Shown: positions 13,083-23,023 of the stretch, one piece after another | Layout: the number at the start of each line of letters is the position of its first letter | How positions within the stretch are numbered: position 1 is the first letter of the stretch | DNA from: a virus | Lineage: Duplodnaviria > Heunggongvirae > Uroviricota > Caudoviricetes | Strand: one strand, 5' to 3' | DNA: 26,154 bases | IMG/VR virus record: IMGVR_UViG_3300046047_000103 | Notes under the pieces: model-generated | What the model was told of the DNA's origin: nothing | The model's input: the letters and a program-made list of their open reading frames with translations, nothing else | The model's database searches: none | Position numbers and translations under genes: made by a program

Positions 13083-14171
13083 ATGGACAATGGACATGAT
13101 TCTTCGAACTACGTGGGGATAGATCTGTTCAGGAGAACCCTACCCGTGTTCAAGAAGGGTCTTGAGGCCAAGGACAGGCTTGCCAAGCGTGACGGAACGA
13201 TCTCCAGATCTGAGAAGGTCAAGCTCCGTCGCCTGGCGACGCTTGGTGACGCTGCGTACCAGGAGGTTTGCGACGCTTGTGAGTGGATGGTGAATCGCGC
13301 GGTCAGGAAAGAGCTGAACAGGCCAAGATCGTTCCATGTCATCATGAATGACGAAGATCTTAGGCAGGCTGGATTCGAGGCTGTCTTCAAGATGATGAAG
13401 ACCGCTGATCTGAGTAAGATGCACGGATCGGCCGTGAACTATCTTATGCAATGGATATCCACGAATGTGAGCAGGGCTGCCCTCAAGGATGAGGCCGAGT
13501 TCGGCATGAGTTCTAGTAAGCTCGTCATCATGCGGAAGATAGCAGCCGTCCGTGCGAGACTGGGAAAGACCCTTGGCCGGACCGCAACCGACGATGAGGT
13601 CTACGAGTTCTTGCAGTCAGGTGCTGCCGACATGAAGACAATGTACGGTAGATCTGACGGGTCATCAAAGCATCATGCTAATGATAAGATCTCGCTGGAT
13701 ATGATCCATGACCAGTCCAGGCTGAATTCAGGGACGCCGATGAAGTTCGCCGTTACAGACCCGATAGCCATTGACGCTGAGGTCAACTCTGAAGATCTTG
13801 GGGTCTCTGACTATGATGCTGTTCTTGAACCTCCAACCAAGACATTCTGGACAAGCTGGATGAAGCATGTCGGCATCAGTGAGAAGCAGTGGGACGTCAT
13901 TGCCATTCTGACGGGGATCTATGACACCGGACCTGACATCAAGCGTCCGAGACGGGCGGCAAGACTAGTCAATGAGTTCTACATGCTTGTCGGAAGTAAG
14001 ACCGGTGCTATCAACCTGTATGCGAAGCAATGGTCTAAGGATCATGGGCCCGGGCAGTGGGATGTCTTCTCCGACATAGAGCTTTCCGATGAGATACCAA
14101 TCCACGGCGTCGATAAGAACGGAAGTCCGTTATTCAACGTACTTAAGATCAATAGGGAGACGGAAGAATGA
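13083..14171 (+). CDS. Sigma70-family-like RNA polymerase sigma factor (divergent)
   Basis: Region 2-like EDLRQAGFEAVFK...AVNYLMQWISTNVSRA; region 3-like LGKTLGRTATDDEV; region 4.1-like ISEKQWDVIAILTGI. Confidence 0.7.
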   Translation: MDNGHDSSNYVGIDLFRRTLPVFKKGLEAKDRLAKRDGTISRSEKVKLRRLATLGDAAYQEVCDACEWMVNRAVRKELNRPRSFHVIMNDEDLRQAGFEAVFKMMKTADLSKMHGSAVNYLMQWISTNVSRAALKDEAEFGMSSSKLVIMRKIAAVRARLGKTLGRTATDDEVYEFLQSGAADMKTMYGRSDGSSKHHANDKISLDMIHDQSRLNSGTPMKFAVTDPIAIDAEVNSEDLGVSDYDAVLEPPTKTFWTSWMKHVGISEKQWDVIAILTGIYDTGPDIKRPRRAARLVNEFYMLVGSKTGAINLYAKQWSKDHGPGQWDVFSDIELSDEIPIHGVDKNGSPLFNVLKINRETEE

Positions 14172-14725
14172 ACATAATGATGATACTGGCATGGTCCCTG
14201 TTCCTGCTGCTTGGGGCGGTCGTGGCCTTCGCGATCTATGCCGTTCTCAGGGGTAGGAAGGAAGACAGGGAGTATGAGTCTCTCCGACTGCCATCAATTG
14301 CCGGCGATGATGCGTCCGGGGGATTAGACAGCCTGCAATCATTAAGCGTGAACGACGTCGTCAAGGACGATGACCAGCCGGCTGATGACGTGGACGAGAT
14401 CCCTGAGCCGGCAGAACCTGTGTCCGCATTGCCGATGCCAGATGACTACAGATCTGCTCCTCATGATGAAGACAGTCAGTCTTTGCCGATGCCGACGGAC
14501 GACCGTGACGAGCTTGCCCTTCCGCTGCCGTCTAGCGAGCCGGAAGATCAGTCCCTCCCGCTTCCTCCTGACGTGACGGGTGACGGCCAAGACGATGGAC
14601 CGCAGTTTGATCGGCAATTCGATCCGTTGGAGGGATCTGCGGACGATGCAGACGATCCTGTCGGCAAGATCGACAGCATGATCAATGACGACCATGAGAC
14701 TAATCCATTCCAGTTCAACTTATAA
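14168..14725 (+). CDS. N-terminally membrane-anchored acidic Pro-rich protein
   Basis: Hydrophobic N-terminus followed by RGRK; repeated LP[M/L]P motifs; overlaps the sigma stop (ATGA). Confidence 0.75.
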   Translation: MNIMMILAWSLFLLLGAVVAFAIYAVLRGRKEDREYESLRLPSIAGDDASGGLDSLQSLSVNDVVKDDDQPADDVDEIPEPAEPVSALPMPDDYRSAPHDEDSQSLPMPTDDRDELALPLPSSEPEDQSLPLPPDVTGDGQDDGPQFDRQFDPLEGSADDADDPVGKIDSMINDDHETNPFQFNL

Positions 14726-14741
14726 AGGATCCGGTGAAGAT

Positions 14742-15038
14742 ATGAGCGATTATGTTTCTAGTAGAGATCTCGTCAAGAAGGTCGCAGACGATCTTGGTGT
14801 CAGCGTGTATTCGGTCGAATCCATGATCACAGCCCTTGGCAGCGAGGCCGCCGAGGCGCTTAAAGACGGTAAGACGGTTAAGATCCGCGGTCTTGTGAAG
14901 CTGTCCGTCCAGCGTAAGAAGGATAGGATCGTGTACTCACCGTATGATCATAGGAAGATCACGGTCCCCGCTCATGATGTGATCAGGGCTGAGAGCGCTG
15001 TCAAGATCGGGGATGATAGCACGGGCGAACCGGTATGA
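14742..15038 (+). CDS. HU/IHF-family histone-like DNA-binding protein
   Basis: SRDLVKKVA...ALKDGKTVKIRGLVKLSVQRKKDR...ITVPA fits the HU fold; start moved to ATG 14742. Confidence 0.85.
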   Translation: MSDYVSSRDLVKKVADDLGVSVYSVESMITALGSEAAEALKDGKTVKIRGLVKLSVQRKKDRIVYSPYDHRKITVPAHDVIRAESAVKIGDDSTGEPV

Positions 15039-15090
15039 TCTCATATCTTCATCATAGTGATCATGAACGTCGAATGGAGGCATAAGTAGC

Positions 15091-16278
15091 ATGAGTTCTA
15101 ATGATGCACCGATCAAGATAGATCTTAGAGGCGTGCAGTACAAGCAATGGCAGAGCATCTTCAGTCTGCTAGCATACCCGGGTTGCTCGGAGGTTGAGAT
15201 CAACGGACCTGACCTGGTGTTCATCAAGCATCGTGGCAAGAGGCTTCAGGTAGGCATAGACACCCCGAACCCGATCGCATGGGTCGATAACAGTGACTTC
15301 GAGCGCACGATGTCTGACGTTGAGAGCCATATGGTGAGATACGGTCAAGACTTCAAGGACTCATTCTGTATCTATGAGGGTGGACTCAGATTGAAGACAC
15401 TTGACGGGGCGCCTGAGATCCGCGCCAGGTTCCATTGCTTGAAGCCGCCGGTCTGCGAGTTCCCTGCTGTCACGATCGCGAAGCAGTCGGTAGAGCTTGC
15501 CACGCTGGATTCGATCTTGAAATCAGGATCGTTATCCTTGGAGATGGCCAATTTCATCAAGGGACTTATGGCCAAGCGGCAGACGCTGGTGTTCTCAGGT
15601 GGAACAGGTGCCGGCAAGACTACATTCTTGAACGCAGTGTCGAAGCTCATTGACCCTAAGGAGAGGGTCATTGTCTGCGAGGACGCCCCTGAGCTTCTGT
15701 TCGATCATATCCCCGACACCGTGTACTTGAGATCATATCCTCGTCAGCCCGGCAAGAGTACTGATGACCAGGCCACTCTTTCATGGGTGGTGGCGCAGAC
15801 AGCCCGTCAACGATGCGATCGTATCATCATCGGTGAGACCCGTGGACCTGAATTCTCCGACTTCCTCACCGCCGCGAACTCAGGCTTCGACGGCTCGATG
15901 ACCACGCTCCATGCGAACACTCCTCGAATGGCGCTGGACAAGATGTTCAACTTCTCCAAGCGCGCTCCGGGCAACGGATCTACTCCGTCATCATCGATCA
16001 ACCAAGACATTGCGAACGCCGTCGACTACATTATCCAGCTCGGACGGCCCGGTGGAAGCAAGTATCGTGTTCTTGCGATCGAGGAGGTCACGAAGGTCGT
16101 TGGCGACACTGAGGCGGCCAAGATCAAGACGAACCCGATCTTCCAGTATGACAAGGATGCCGATTCATGGCGTCGTGTTGGATGGCCGTCTGATGACACT
16201 ATGAGGGAAGCTCTTAACAAGTTCGAGAGCGGGCAGTTCAGCCAGGAGCACCGCCGTCATACGACGAGAAGAATATGA
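15091..16278 (+). CDS. VirB11/CpaF/TadA-family secretion ATPase
   Basis: GGTGAGKTT, Asp box EDAPEL, IIIGETRG, His box TTLHAN. Confidence 0.92.
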   Translation: MSSNDAPIKIDLRGVQYKQWQSIFSLLAYPGCSEVEINGPDLVFIKHRGKRLQVGIDTPNPIAWVDNSDFERTMSDVESHMVRYGQDFKDSFCIYEGGLRLKTLDGAPEIRARFHCLKPPVCEFPAVTIAKQSVELATLDSILKSGSLSLEMANFIKGLMAKRQTLVFSGGTGAGKTTFLNAVSKLIDPKERVIVCEDAPELLFDHIPDTVYLRSYPRQPGKSTDDQATLSWVVAQTARQRCDRIIIGETRGPEFSDFLTAANSGFDGSMTTLHANTPRMALDKMFNFSKRAPGNGSTPSSSINQDIANAVDYIIQLGRPGGSKYRVLAIEEVTKVVGDTEAAKIKTNPIFQYDKDADSWRRVGWPSDDTMREALNKFESGQFSQEHRRHTTRRI

Positions 16279-16310
16279 TCATCATGATCACTCTTTGATA
16301 TCTTCGTCAT

Positions 16311-18839
16311 ATGTTAGAAGATCAGGATAGATACGTAGCCCGTAGCAACGAGCGTAACGGGTTCGATGGGACGTATAACTCCGGTGACTGGGGCGCATCA
16401 AACAACGGATGGGATGATCATCAGAGCGAGGAGCTCTTGAAGAGTGTCGGATTCTTCATCGGCATCATTGCTGCACTTCTGGTGCTTCCAATTGCTATCG
16501 TTGCTGTCATCTTCTACTGGGCCATGTTCCGGCTGCTCAGATACAGACCATTGTTCACTGCTGCCGTTGATGCTGTCGTCACTCTGATAGCAGTCAAGGT
16601 CTTCAATGATCATGGCGGATTCGCCCCACTGGTAAGCTTCATCAGATCATACAAGTTCGACGGATTCGGATCCATCAGTCCATTCCTGTCATCGATAGCT
16701 CCAACGTTCATCGGAACGCTCTTCATGGTCGGGTTCATCGTCGGTCCATGGATCGCGCTTATCATGGAACTGTTCCAGATCAACAGGATGAAGACAAGTC
16801 CATTCCTCGTCGTGAATGAGGGCGTCGGCCCGAAATGGATGTACCACTTCAGATTCAACATGAGTCCGATTGAGATCATCAAGAAGTCCATGATGATCAG
16901 AAGCATCAAGTCTGATTCCCTGAAGCCGCATCACCGGAACGATCTGATCCCACTCGGTGTCGAGGAGGAGCCCCTCAACGCCCCTGAAGACCCGTCCAAG
17001 ATCAAGAAGGACGTTCTTGTCTGCAGAGCTGAAGACGAGGTCCCCAAGCATACGATGGTGACTGGCGCTGCCGGATCTGGTAAGACCGTCACCCTGAAGT
17101 CCATGATGACGAGGGACATCGATGCTCACAAGACCGTCTTCATGATCGACTGCAAGAAGGATCCGGAGGTCGCCGAGTTCTTATCCCGGCGGGCTAAGGA
17201 GGCAGGGTGCAACTTCTATCACTTCTCCACGGACCTCCCCTACATGATCCAGGGGAACCCGGAGGGTCCATCATCGTACGATCCGTTGTCTTCAGGGTCA
17301 ACATCGAAGAAGGTCGACATGATGCTGAACACTAGGGAGTGGGATACCGCGTCAGCCGTCTATCGTGAGCAAGCGCAAGCGTTCCTGTCCAAGGTGTTCG
17401 CCGTCATGGATGAGGCCAGGAAGTACGGGATACTTGACAAGGTGAAGGCTCTGGACACTACGTACGGTCAGATGTGGACGTTCACCCAGATGCTCGATCC
17501 ACCGATCTTCAACGCAGTCATCGTAGCGATGAACCAGATACCGGAAGCGTCATACATCCGTCAGCAGGCTTCGGAATTGAATGAGCTGCTGTCATCCCCG
17601 CGCCGGGACGCTAAGGTGCAGGCCGCCCAGCACTCCCAGCAGGAGTACCTGTCCACGATGACAGGTCTGATGACAAGCTCGTACGGTAAATGGCTTCGTG
17701 GAGGTGAAAGCGCTGGATCTGGTAAGATCATCAACATCACAGATCTCTCGTCAGAGCCGGGGAACGTGGTCTTGTTCTCACTCGACGCCGCACAGAAGGG
17801 TGATATGGGCTCATTCATGGGATCGATCATCTGTACAGATCTGGCGAACATGACGGAGACGAGGAAGAATCTTGGACAGGACAATCCGCTGTCCGTCTAC
17901 ATCGACGAGTTCCAGTCTCTACCACCGGAATGCGTGAAGTCCATGCTTCAGAAGGCCCGATCTGCGGACGTCGGCCTATCACTCGCATTCCAGTCGCTAG
18001 ATCAGGTGTCCGCGTCCACCGGATCGGATACATACGTGAAATCACTTCTTGACACCTGCTCGAACTTCATCTTCCATGCCGGATCAAATTATGACACCGG
18101 TCTGATGGCGTCCAAGATCATTGGAACTCATAAGAAGAACATCTACATCGTGAACCGTAGGAATGAGACGAAGCTAGGCGCGTTCAACTGGAACAATAAC
18201 AGGGACCTGCAGGTCAACACGGCGCCGTCCGACGAATGGATCGTCGACCCGTCCGAGTTCGCTAAGCTGTCCATGCCGAACAAGCAGAATGGATACAAGT
18301 CTGAGGCGATCATCATCAAGAAGGCATCATCCGATCCAATTGACAAGAAAACTGTCGGAGCGGTCGCGCATAAGACGAAGATGATCCCACCTGACTGCGT
18401 TCTTACCGAGTACTTTGATCCGCATGCGAAGCCGATCGACATTGATGCCCCGATTGATGTCAGAATGAGTCGGGGGTTCGCAAGGGACGCGAAGAAGGCG
18501 ATAGCGGGGTCTCAGATCAAGCCCGTGACCGCACCTGCAAGCATGCCTGTGGACATCCATGACCATGATGATCTGAGGCCCGCGAGACGGACTGTCCGCA
18601 GGATGCCGTCAGCCACTGTCCGCAGGTCTGTGGACGATCATGATGACGCTGCGCTTCCGATGCCAGATCTTGATGGCAGTTCTGAAGACACCGTCCCGAA
18701 GCGCCCGCAGGAGCATAGGACGCGGCATCGTCCTATCCGTGACACGAATGGAAGCAATGGAATGCTTCCAATGCCATCAGATGAGCCCAGGAAGCCCCGT
18801 AGGGGTCTTGGCAGGGGAGCTAGTCTAGACGACTTCTGA
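16311..18839 (+). CDS. VirD4/TraD-like type IV coupling protein
   Basis: N-terminal TM segments; GAAGSGKT; YIDEFQ; KARSADVGLSLAFQSLDQ; disordered C-tail. Confidence 0.88.
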   Translation: MLEDQDRYVARSNERNGFDGTYNSGDWGASNNGWDDHQSEELLKSVGFFIGIIAALLVLPIAIVAVIFYWAMFRLLRYRPLFTAAVDAVVTLIAVKVFNDHGGFAPLVSFIRSYKFDGFGSISPFLSSIAPTFIGTLFMVGFIVGPWIALIMELFQINRMKTSPFLVVNEGVGPKWMYHFRFNMSPIEIIKKSMMIRSIKSDSLKPHHRNDLIPLGVEEEPLNAPEDPSKIKKDVLVCRAEDEVPKHTMVTGAAGSGKTVTLKSMMTRDIDAHKTVFMIDCKKDPEVAEFLSRRAKEAGCNFYHFSTDLPYMIQGNPEGPSSYDPLSSGSTSKKVDMMLNTREWDTASAVYREQAQAFLSKVFAVMDEARKYGILDKVKALDTTYGQMWTFTQMLDPPIFNAVIVAMNQIPEASYIRQQASELNELLSSPRRDAKVQAAQHSQQEYLSTMTGLMTSSYGKWLRGGESAGSGKIINITDLSSEPGNVVLFSLDAAQKGDMGSFMGSIICTDLANMTETRKNLGQDNPLSVYIDEFQSLPPECVKSMLQKARSADVGLSLAFQSLDQVSASTGSDTYVKSLLDTCSNFIFHAGSNYDTGLMASKIIGTHKKNIYIVNRRNETKLGAFNWNNNRDLQVNTAPSDEWIVDPSEFAKLSMPNKQNGYKSEAIIIKKASSDPIDKKTVGAVAHKTKMIPPDCVLTEYFDPHAKPIDIDAPIDVRMSRGFARDAKKAIAGSQIKPVTAPASMPVDIHDHDDLRPARRTVRRMPSATVRRSVDDHDDAALPMPDLDGSSEDTVPKRPQEHRTRHRPIRDTNGSNGMLPMPSDEPRKPRRGLGRGASLDDF

Positions 18840-18903
18840 CAGTTGCGGTTCTCCCCGATCGTGATTACAATGGATCATATGACGCAAACGATGAGGAGAA
18901 CTA

Positions 18904-19509
18904 ATGTCAGTTGATGATGTTGCATACAAGTTCGGGGCGTTCCTCCGCAAGACGGTAGATTCGGCTGGGAACGTCATGGATCATTACCATGAACTCTCCG
19001 ACGATGAAGACGATCTGATGGCATCTGACACCACGTCTGATGCAGATCTGTTCCATGCGGATCCGGTGGAAGATGAATCTGATTACGGCAGGCCGGGCAT
19101 GGAGCGGTATATTACGATGTCATTCCCTGACAACAGTCAGATCAAATGGCGAGTGGTCAATGATCAGCGGTCTAATGACGCTCTTGAGGTGGCTACGGAG
19201 GTCTTCCTGAAGAAGGCCGTGAAGTTCGTCAATGATGACAGTAAGGATTATCACGAGCCAACCGTGAAGTCGGCGATCATTGATGACCGGACACGATGCA
19301 TCGTGGTCGTGTACGTTGACAGCAGCGGGTTCAATCATGGGGATGTCTTGTCAATCGTGCAGATCAGCGAGTCTGAGCCTGTTGCGGATAGCGCACTGCT
19401 TCCGAAGGTACCATACAATCCGTACGGGCTGCAATGGCCATGGGACCCTGAAGACCAGTCGAAGTACCATTACGCGGCGAGAAGTATAAGATCATATGGA
19501 AGATCGTGA
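18904..19509 (+). CDS. Hypothetical protein
   Basis: 201-aa ORF with GAGGAG SD, collinear with neighbours. Confidence 0.75.
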   Translation: MSVDDVAYKFGAFLRKTVDSAGNVMDHYHELSDDEDDLMASDTTSDADLFHADPVEDESDYGRPGMERYITMSFPDNSQIKWRVVNDQRSNDALEVATEVFLKKAVKFVNDDSKDYHEPTVKSAIIDDRTRCIVVVYVDSSGFNHGDVLSIVQISESEPVADSALLPKVPYNPYGLQWPWDPEDQSKYHYAARSIRSYGRS

Positions 19510-19518
19510 GGATAAGCA

Positions 19519-20187
19519 ATGAAGATTGACGATAGTGTGGCCAAGGCTAACACGGTAAGTATCAAGCTCTTAAAGGACGCGGTGAAGAATGCAGGTCTGA
19601 AGCCGAAGGATCTGGCATCCAGGTTCGATGTTGATGAAGACACGGTGCGGTCATGGTTTGACGACACGGTGCCGTACTCAGTCTTCCTGCAGATCTGTAA
19701 GATCACCCACGTGAAGGCTACCGCGATCTTCGATGGGACCAAGGCTGAACTCAAGGCCGAGCGCGCTGCCGCCAAGGCCGATCCATCATCTGCGCCAGCA
19801 CCGGCCGTGAAGCAAGATGCTGCCCCGGCTCCGGCCGAGACCGTTGACAAGAGCGTGACGGTTGATGATGACCCTGAAGAGCTTCCATTCCCTCTTATCA
19901 CCGCTGAAGACGCTGGTCTGAAGAATGCTGACGCGATGCTGGCAGAATGGCCTACGGTCAAGAAGGAGGCCATCGAGCGGCGAGATGATTTGACTGACGC
20001 GCAGAAGCAGAATAAGATCGCCAAGTACCCGAAGCCGGTGAAACTGGCGAATGATAAGGTCGAGTTAGGCTTCAAGACGTACAAGTCCATGCAAGGGTTC
20101 GTGAACGGCGGATACTTGAATGACATCAATGACGTGGTCGCGAAGAGAAGGTATGGCGTGACCGTGACCGTTAAAGATCATGAGTAG
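19519..20187 (+). CDS. XRE/Cro-type HTH domain protein
   Basis: LKDAVKNAGLKPKDLASRFDVDEDTVRSW, then an Ala/Pro linker. Confidence 0.7.
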   Translation: MKIDDSVAKANTVSIKLLKDAVKNAGLKPKDLASRFDVDEDTVRSWFDDTVPYSVFLQICKITHVKATAIFDGTKAELKAERAAAKADPSSAPAPAVKQDAAPAPAETVDKSVTVDDDPEELPFPLITAEDAGLKNADAMLAEWPTVKKEAIERRDDLTDAQKQNKIAKYPKPVKLANDKVELGFKTYKSMQGFVNGGYLNDINDVVAKRRYGVTVTVKDHE

Positions 20188-21574
20188 AAAGGCTATCGAG
20201 TTGACAAGAGGCAAAGATCTATCGCCGGAGTTCTTGGCGAAGATGAGTGATGATGAGATCAGCAACCTGCTGAAGGAGTCATATGCTCACAAGACGCCGG
20301 CGTCTGACAGCAAAGACATCGATCTTGATGACCTGACGAACAGTCTTGAGGAGTCGATCCGTCAGCAGCGGAAGTACATTCAGGATTCATTGAACGACAT
20401 CGTCACCGAGGGCGGGAGCTCGCAGGCGGCTGCCGTCAGACCTCCAAAGACGATGGCCGAAGAGCTGGCCGGCAGATCTGGTCAGGGTGTGATCGTGAAC
20501 AAGACACCGGATGAGATCAATAAGATGACGGACGAGGAGCGGAAGAAGAAGGACGCCGAGGAGCGTGCCAAGATCTTGAAGGAAGCGCTAGACTCCCTCC
20601 ATAAGCTTACCGGTCTGAAGAGCGTGAAGGATCAGGTTCTGGAGTTGCAGGCTACGATAGCGGCCGAGCAGGTCAGGAAGAAGCTGGGCATGCTTGACAA
20701 GAATGATCCGGAATCTGATGACATCTCAGTGCATCTCGCCTTGCTGGGAGCACCCGGAACGGGTAAGACCACCGTTGCCAGGATCTATGCCAAGATTCTC
20801 CGCGGCATCGGACTGTTGAACAAGGGTCAGCTCGTGGAGACGGACAGATCTGGTCTTGTGGCCGAGTACCAGGGTCAGACGGCTCCGAAGACGAATAAGG
20901 TGATCGACTCCGCTCTTGACGGGGTCTTGTTCATTGACGAGGCTTACAATCTGAATACGGGAGATCAGGACACCTTCGGCCAGGAGGCCATCGCGACCCT
21001 CATGAAGCGGATGGAGGATGATCGTGATCGTCTAGTCGTCATCATCGCCGGGTACACGGACGTCACCGAGCACTTCCTGGACTCGAACCCGGGTCTGCGG
21101 TCAAGGTTCGTGGAGAAGATCGAGTTCCCGAACTATATGAATGACGAGCTTGTCGAGATCGCCGTGAGGAAGGCCAAGTCCAAGGGCGTTGAGATCAGTG
21201 ATGCGAACAGGAAGATACTGACCGAGTCATTCACGAAGCTCCGTGACACGGCCGCGTTCGCTAATGGACGGACGGCACGGGTTCTTGTAGACAACGCGAT
21301 GAAGGCGCAGTCCCTCCGGTTCATGGATGAGATGAAGAAGCGTCCGGACATGACCGAGGATGAGCAGAAGAAGTTCTTGGGGTCGCTAGATGACACGGAT
21401 CTGCTTGAGGCCGAATCCAAGACGATCGACATGAGTACTTCAAAGCAGTCGGCGGAGAGCAAGATGATCGATGATAAGGTCAGGATTGCCGAGCTGTTCA
21501 AGCATGCCGGGGAAGATGTCTCCAAGAAGCTGCATTCAGACTCGAATGCGGTCAAAGAGCTGTCCGCAGAGTGA
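20180..21574 (+). CDS. CbbX/SpoVK/EccA-family AAA+ ATPase
   Basis: LTGLKSVKDQV, HLALLGAPGTGKTTVAR, GVLFIDEAY, VVIIAGY, SNPGLRSRF. Confidence 0.93.
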   Translation: MSRKAIELTRGKDLSPEFLAKMSDDEISNLLKESYAHKTPASDSKDIDLDDLTNSLEESIRQQRKYIQDSLNDIVTEGGSSQAAAVRPPKTMAEELAGRSGQGVIVNKTPDEINKMTDEERKKKDAEERAKILKEALDSLHKLTGLKSVKDQVLELQATIAAEQVRKKLGMLDKNDPESDDISVHLALLGAPGTGKTTVARIYAKILRGIGLLNKGQLVETDRSGLVAEYQGQTAPKTNKVIDSALDGVLFIDEAYNLNTGDQDTFGQEAIATLMKRMEDDRDRLVVIIAGYTDVTEHFLDSNPGLRSRFVEKIEFPNYMNDELVEIAVRKAKSKGVEISDANRKILTESFTKLRDTAAFANGRTARVLVDNAMKAQSLRFMDEMKKRPDMTEDEQKKFLGSLDDTDLLEAESKTIDMSTSKQSAESKMIDDKVRIAELFKHAGEDVSKKLHSDSNAVKELSAE

Positions 21575-21643
21575 CATCATCAGGTATGCCAGTGCTGATA
21601 TCTTCCTATCGTCAATGTACAACTAGTCACGTTAGGAGCAGTC

Positions 21644-22213
21644 ATGTCAGAATTTGACGGCAGCAATGTCTTCACCAGCGAACCTGAAGACACGCAATCG
21701 GACACCTCTTCAGAGGAATCCCGCGCTGAGGAATCTAAGCCGAAGAGCAGGCCATCAAGAAGAGTCATCAAGAAGGCGAACATCACCCCGCAGGCCGTCG
21801 AGGCTGTTCTTGAATGGAAGTCTCGCGTAGATCAGACCGACGCTAAGACGCTTGATCTTGCGGCCGATCTGTTGAGCGTGAAGCGAGACGATGAGGCGAA
21901 GTTCATCTCCGCTCTCATGGACAGCAGCGCGGTGTCAGCAGCTCGCAAGACGATCAGCAATGCGCTCGATCTGGCCGCACTTGATGACCTCAAGTTCGCC
22001 GTCGAGGTCTCTAAGATCGATAGGAACGATCGTAAGGATCTGTGGAATCTTGAATCCCATGTGGACCCGGATCTGGCGAACTCGCTCACGGATGGATCTG
22101 GCAAGCTTCCGACGAATGATCTGTATGCTGAGGTCAGTGTCATCAGGCGTCTGCAGAAGGAGTCGCCGGAGTTCCGGGAAGCCCTAGATGCCGTCACCGC
22201 CCTGCTAGGGTGA
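21644..22213 (+). CDS. Hypothetical protein
   Basis: 189-aa ORF with AGGAG SD. Confidence 0.75.
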   Translation: MSEFDGSNVFTSEPEDTQSDTSSEESRAEESKPKSRPSRRVIKKANITPQAVEAVLEWKSRVDQTDAKTLDLAADLLSVKRDDEAKFISALMDSSAVSAARKTISNALDLAALDDLKFAVEVSKIDRNDRKDLWNLESHVDPDLANSLTDGSGKLPTNDLYAEVSVIRRLQKESPEFREALDAVTALLG

Positions 22214-22263
22214 AGTAGACACTGTCAATAGCACGATCAGTCGACGTAAAGGATAGCAAGAAC

Positions 22264-23013
22264 ATGGCCAGGAAGAAACTTACTGATGGTCAGAAGACCA
22301 TACTGCGGAGGCGCCGGAAGATAGCGTCCATGATCTTAAAGGGTGAGACCAATAAAGCGGTCGCGAAAGCACTGTCCGTATCCGCTTCGACGGTGGCGAG
22401 GGATGTCCGGTGGATCAGGGACAATGAGCCGGAGAGACTAGAACGCGGCGCTGGGAAGCAGGACAAGACTACCCCCTCAGACGTCAAAGAAGGGCATTCT
22501 AACGCTCCGTCGACAGATGATGACAGATTGTCAACACCGACGGTGCAAGACGCATCTATCAGTGAATCCGAGCGTTCTAGTGATGGTTCACCGTCCACCG
22601 TCACCGCGGACGAGTCTGTATCCCCTGTAGACACCCCTGAACCCGATCTGGGGAAGACAGTCCCATCTGCCGGCGATGCTGTACACCCTGTAGACAGATC
22701 TGAAGCGCCTGTGGATCAGGTCAATGCCGTTGAAGAACCTGTAGATCACGATGATGTCAAGAAGTGGTGGGAAGACGGATCAAGTACTCTCGAGGATGCC
22801 GCCCTCAGGCGGGGAACATTCTCGCATGCGACCAAGGGCGCCATCAGATCTGTCCGTAAGGAGGCTGAGGATCTGGAACGATTCGATAGCGTGCCGGATG
22901 CGGAGAAGTACACGTACTTCAAGAACAGCGTCCATCAGGCCAGATTCGAGACCATCACGGCGGTCGCACTAGCAGCTATGGTCGCGTTCATCATTCTCTG
23001 GATCGCACTGTAA
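22264..23013 (+). CDS. N-terminal HTH protein with C-terminal membrane anchor
   Basis: RRRKIASMILKGETNKAVAKALSVSASTVARDV; C-terminal VALAAMVAFIILWIAL. Confidence 0.75.
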   Translation: MARKKLTDGQKTILRRRRKIASMILKGETNKAVAKALSVSASTVARDVRWIRDNEPERLERGAGKQDKTTPSDVKEGHSNAPSTDDDRLSTPTVQDASISESERSSDGSPSTVTADESVSPVDTPEPDLGKTVPSAGDAVHPVDRSEAPVDQVNAVEEPVDHDDVKKWWEDGSSTLEDAALRRGTFSHATKGAIRSVRKEAEDLERFDSVPDAEKYTYFKNSVHQARFETITAVALAAMVAFIILWIAL

Positions 23014-23023
23014 GGAAGTAGAT

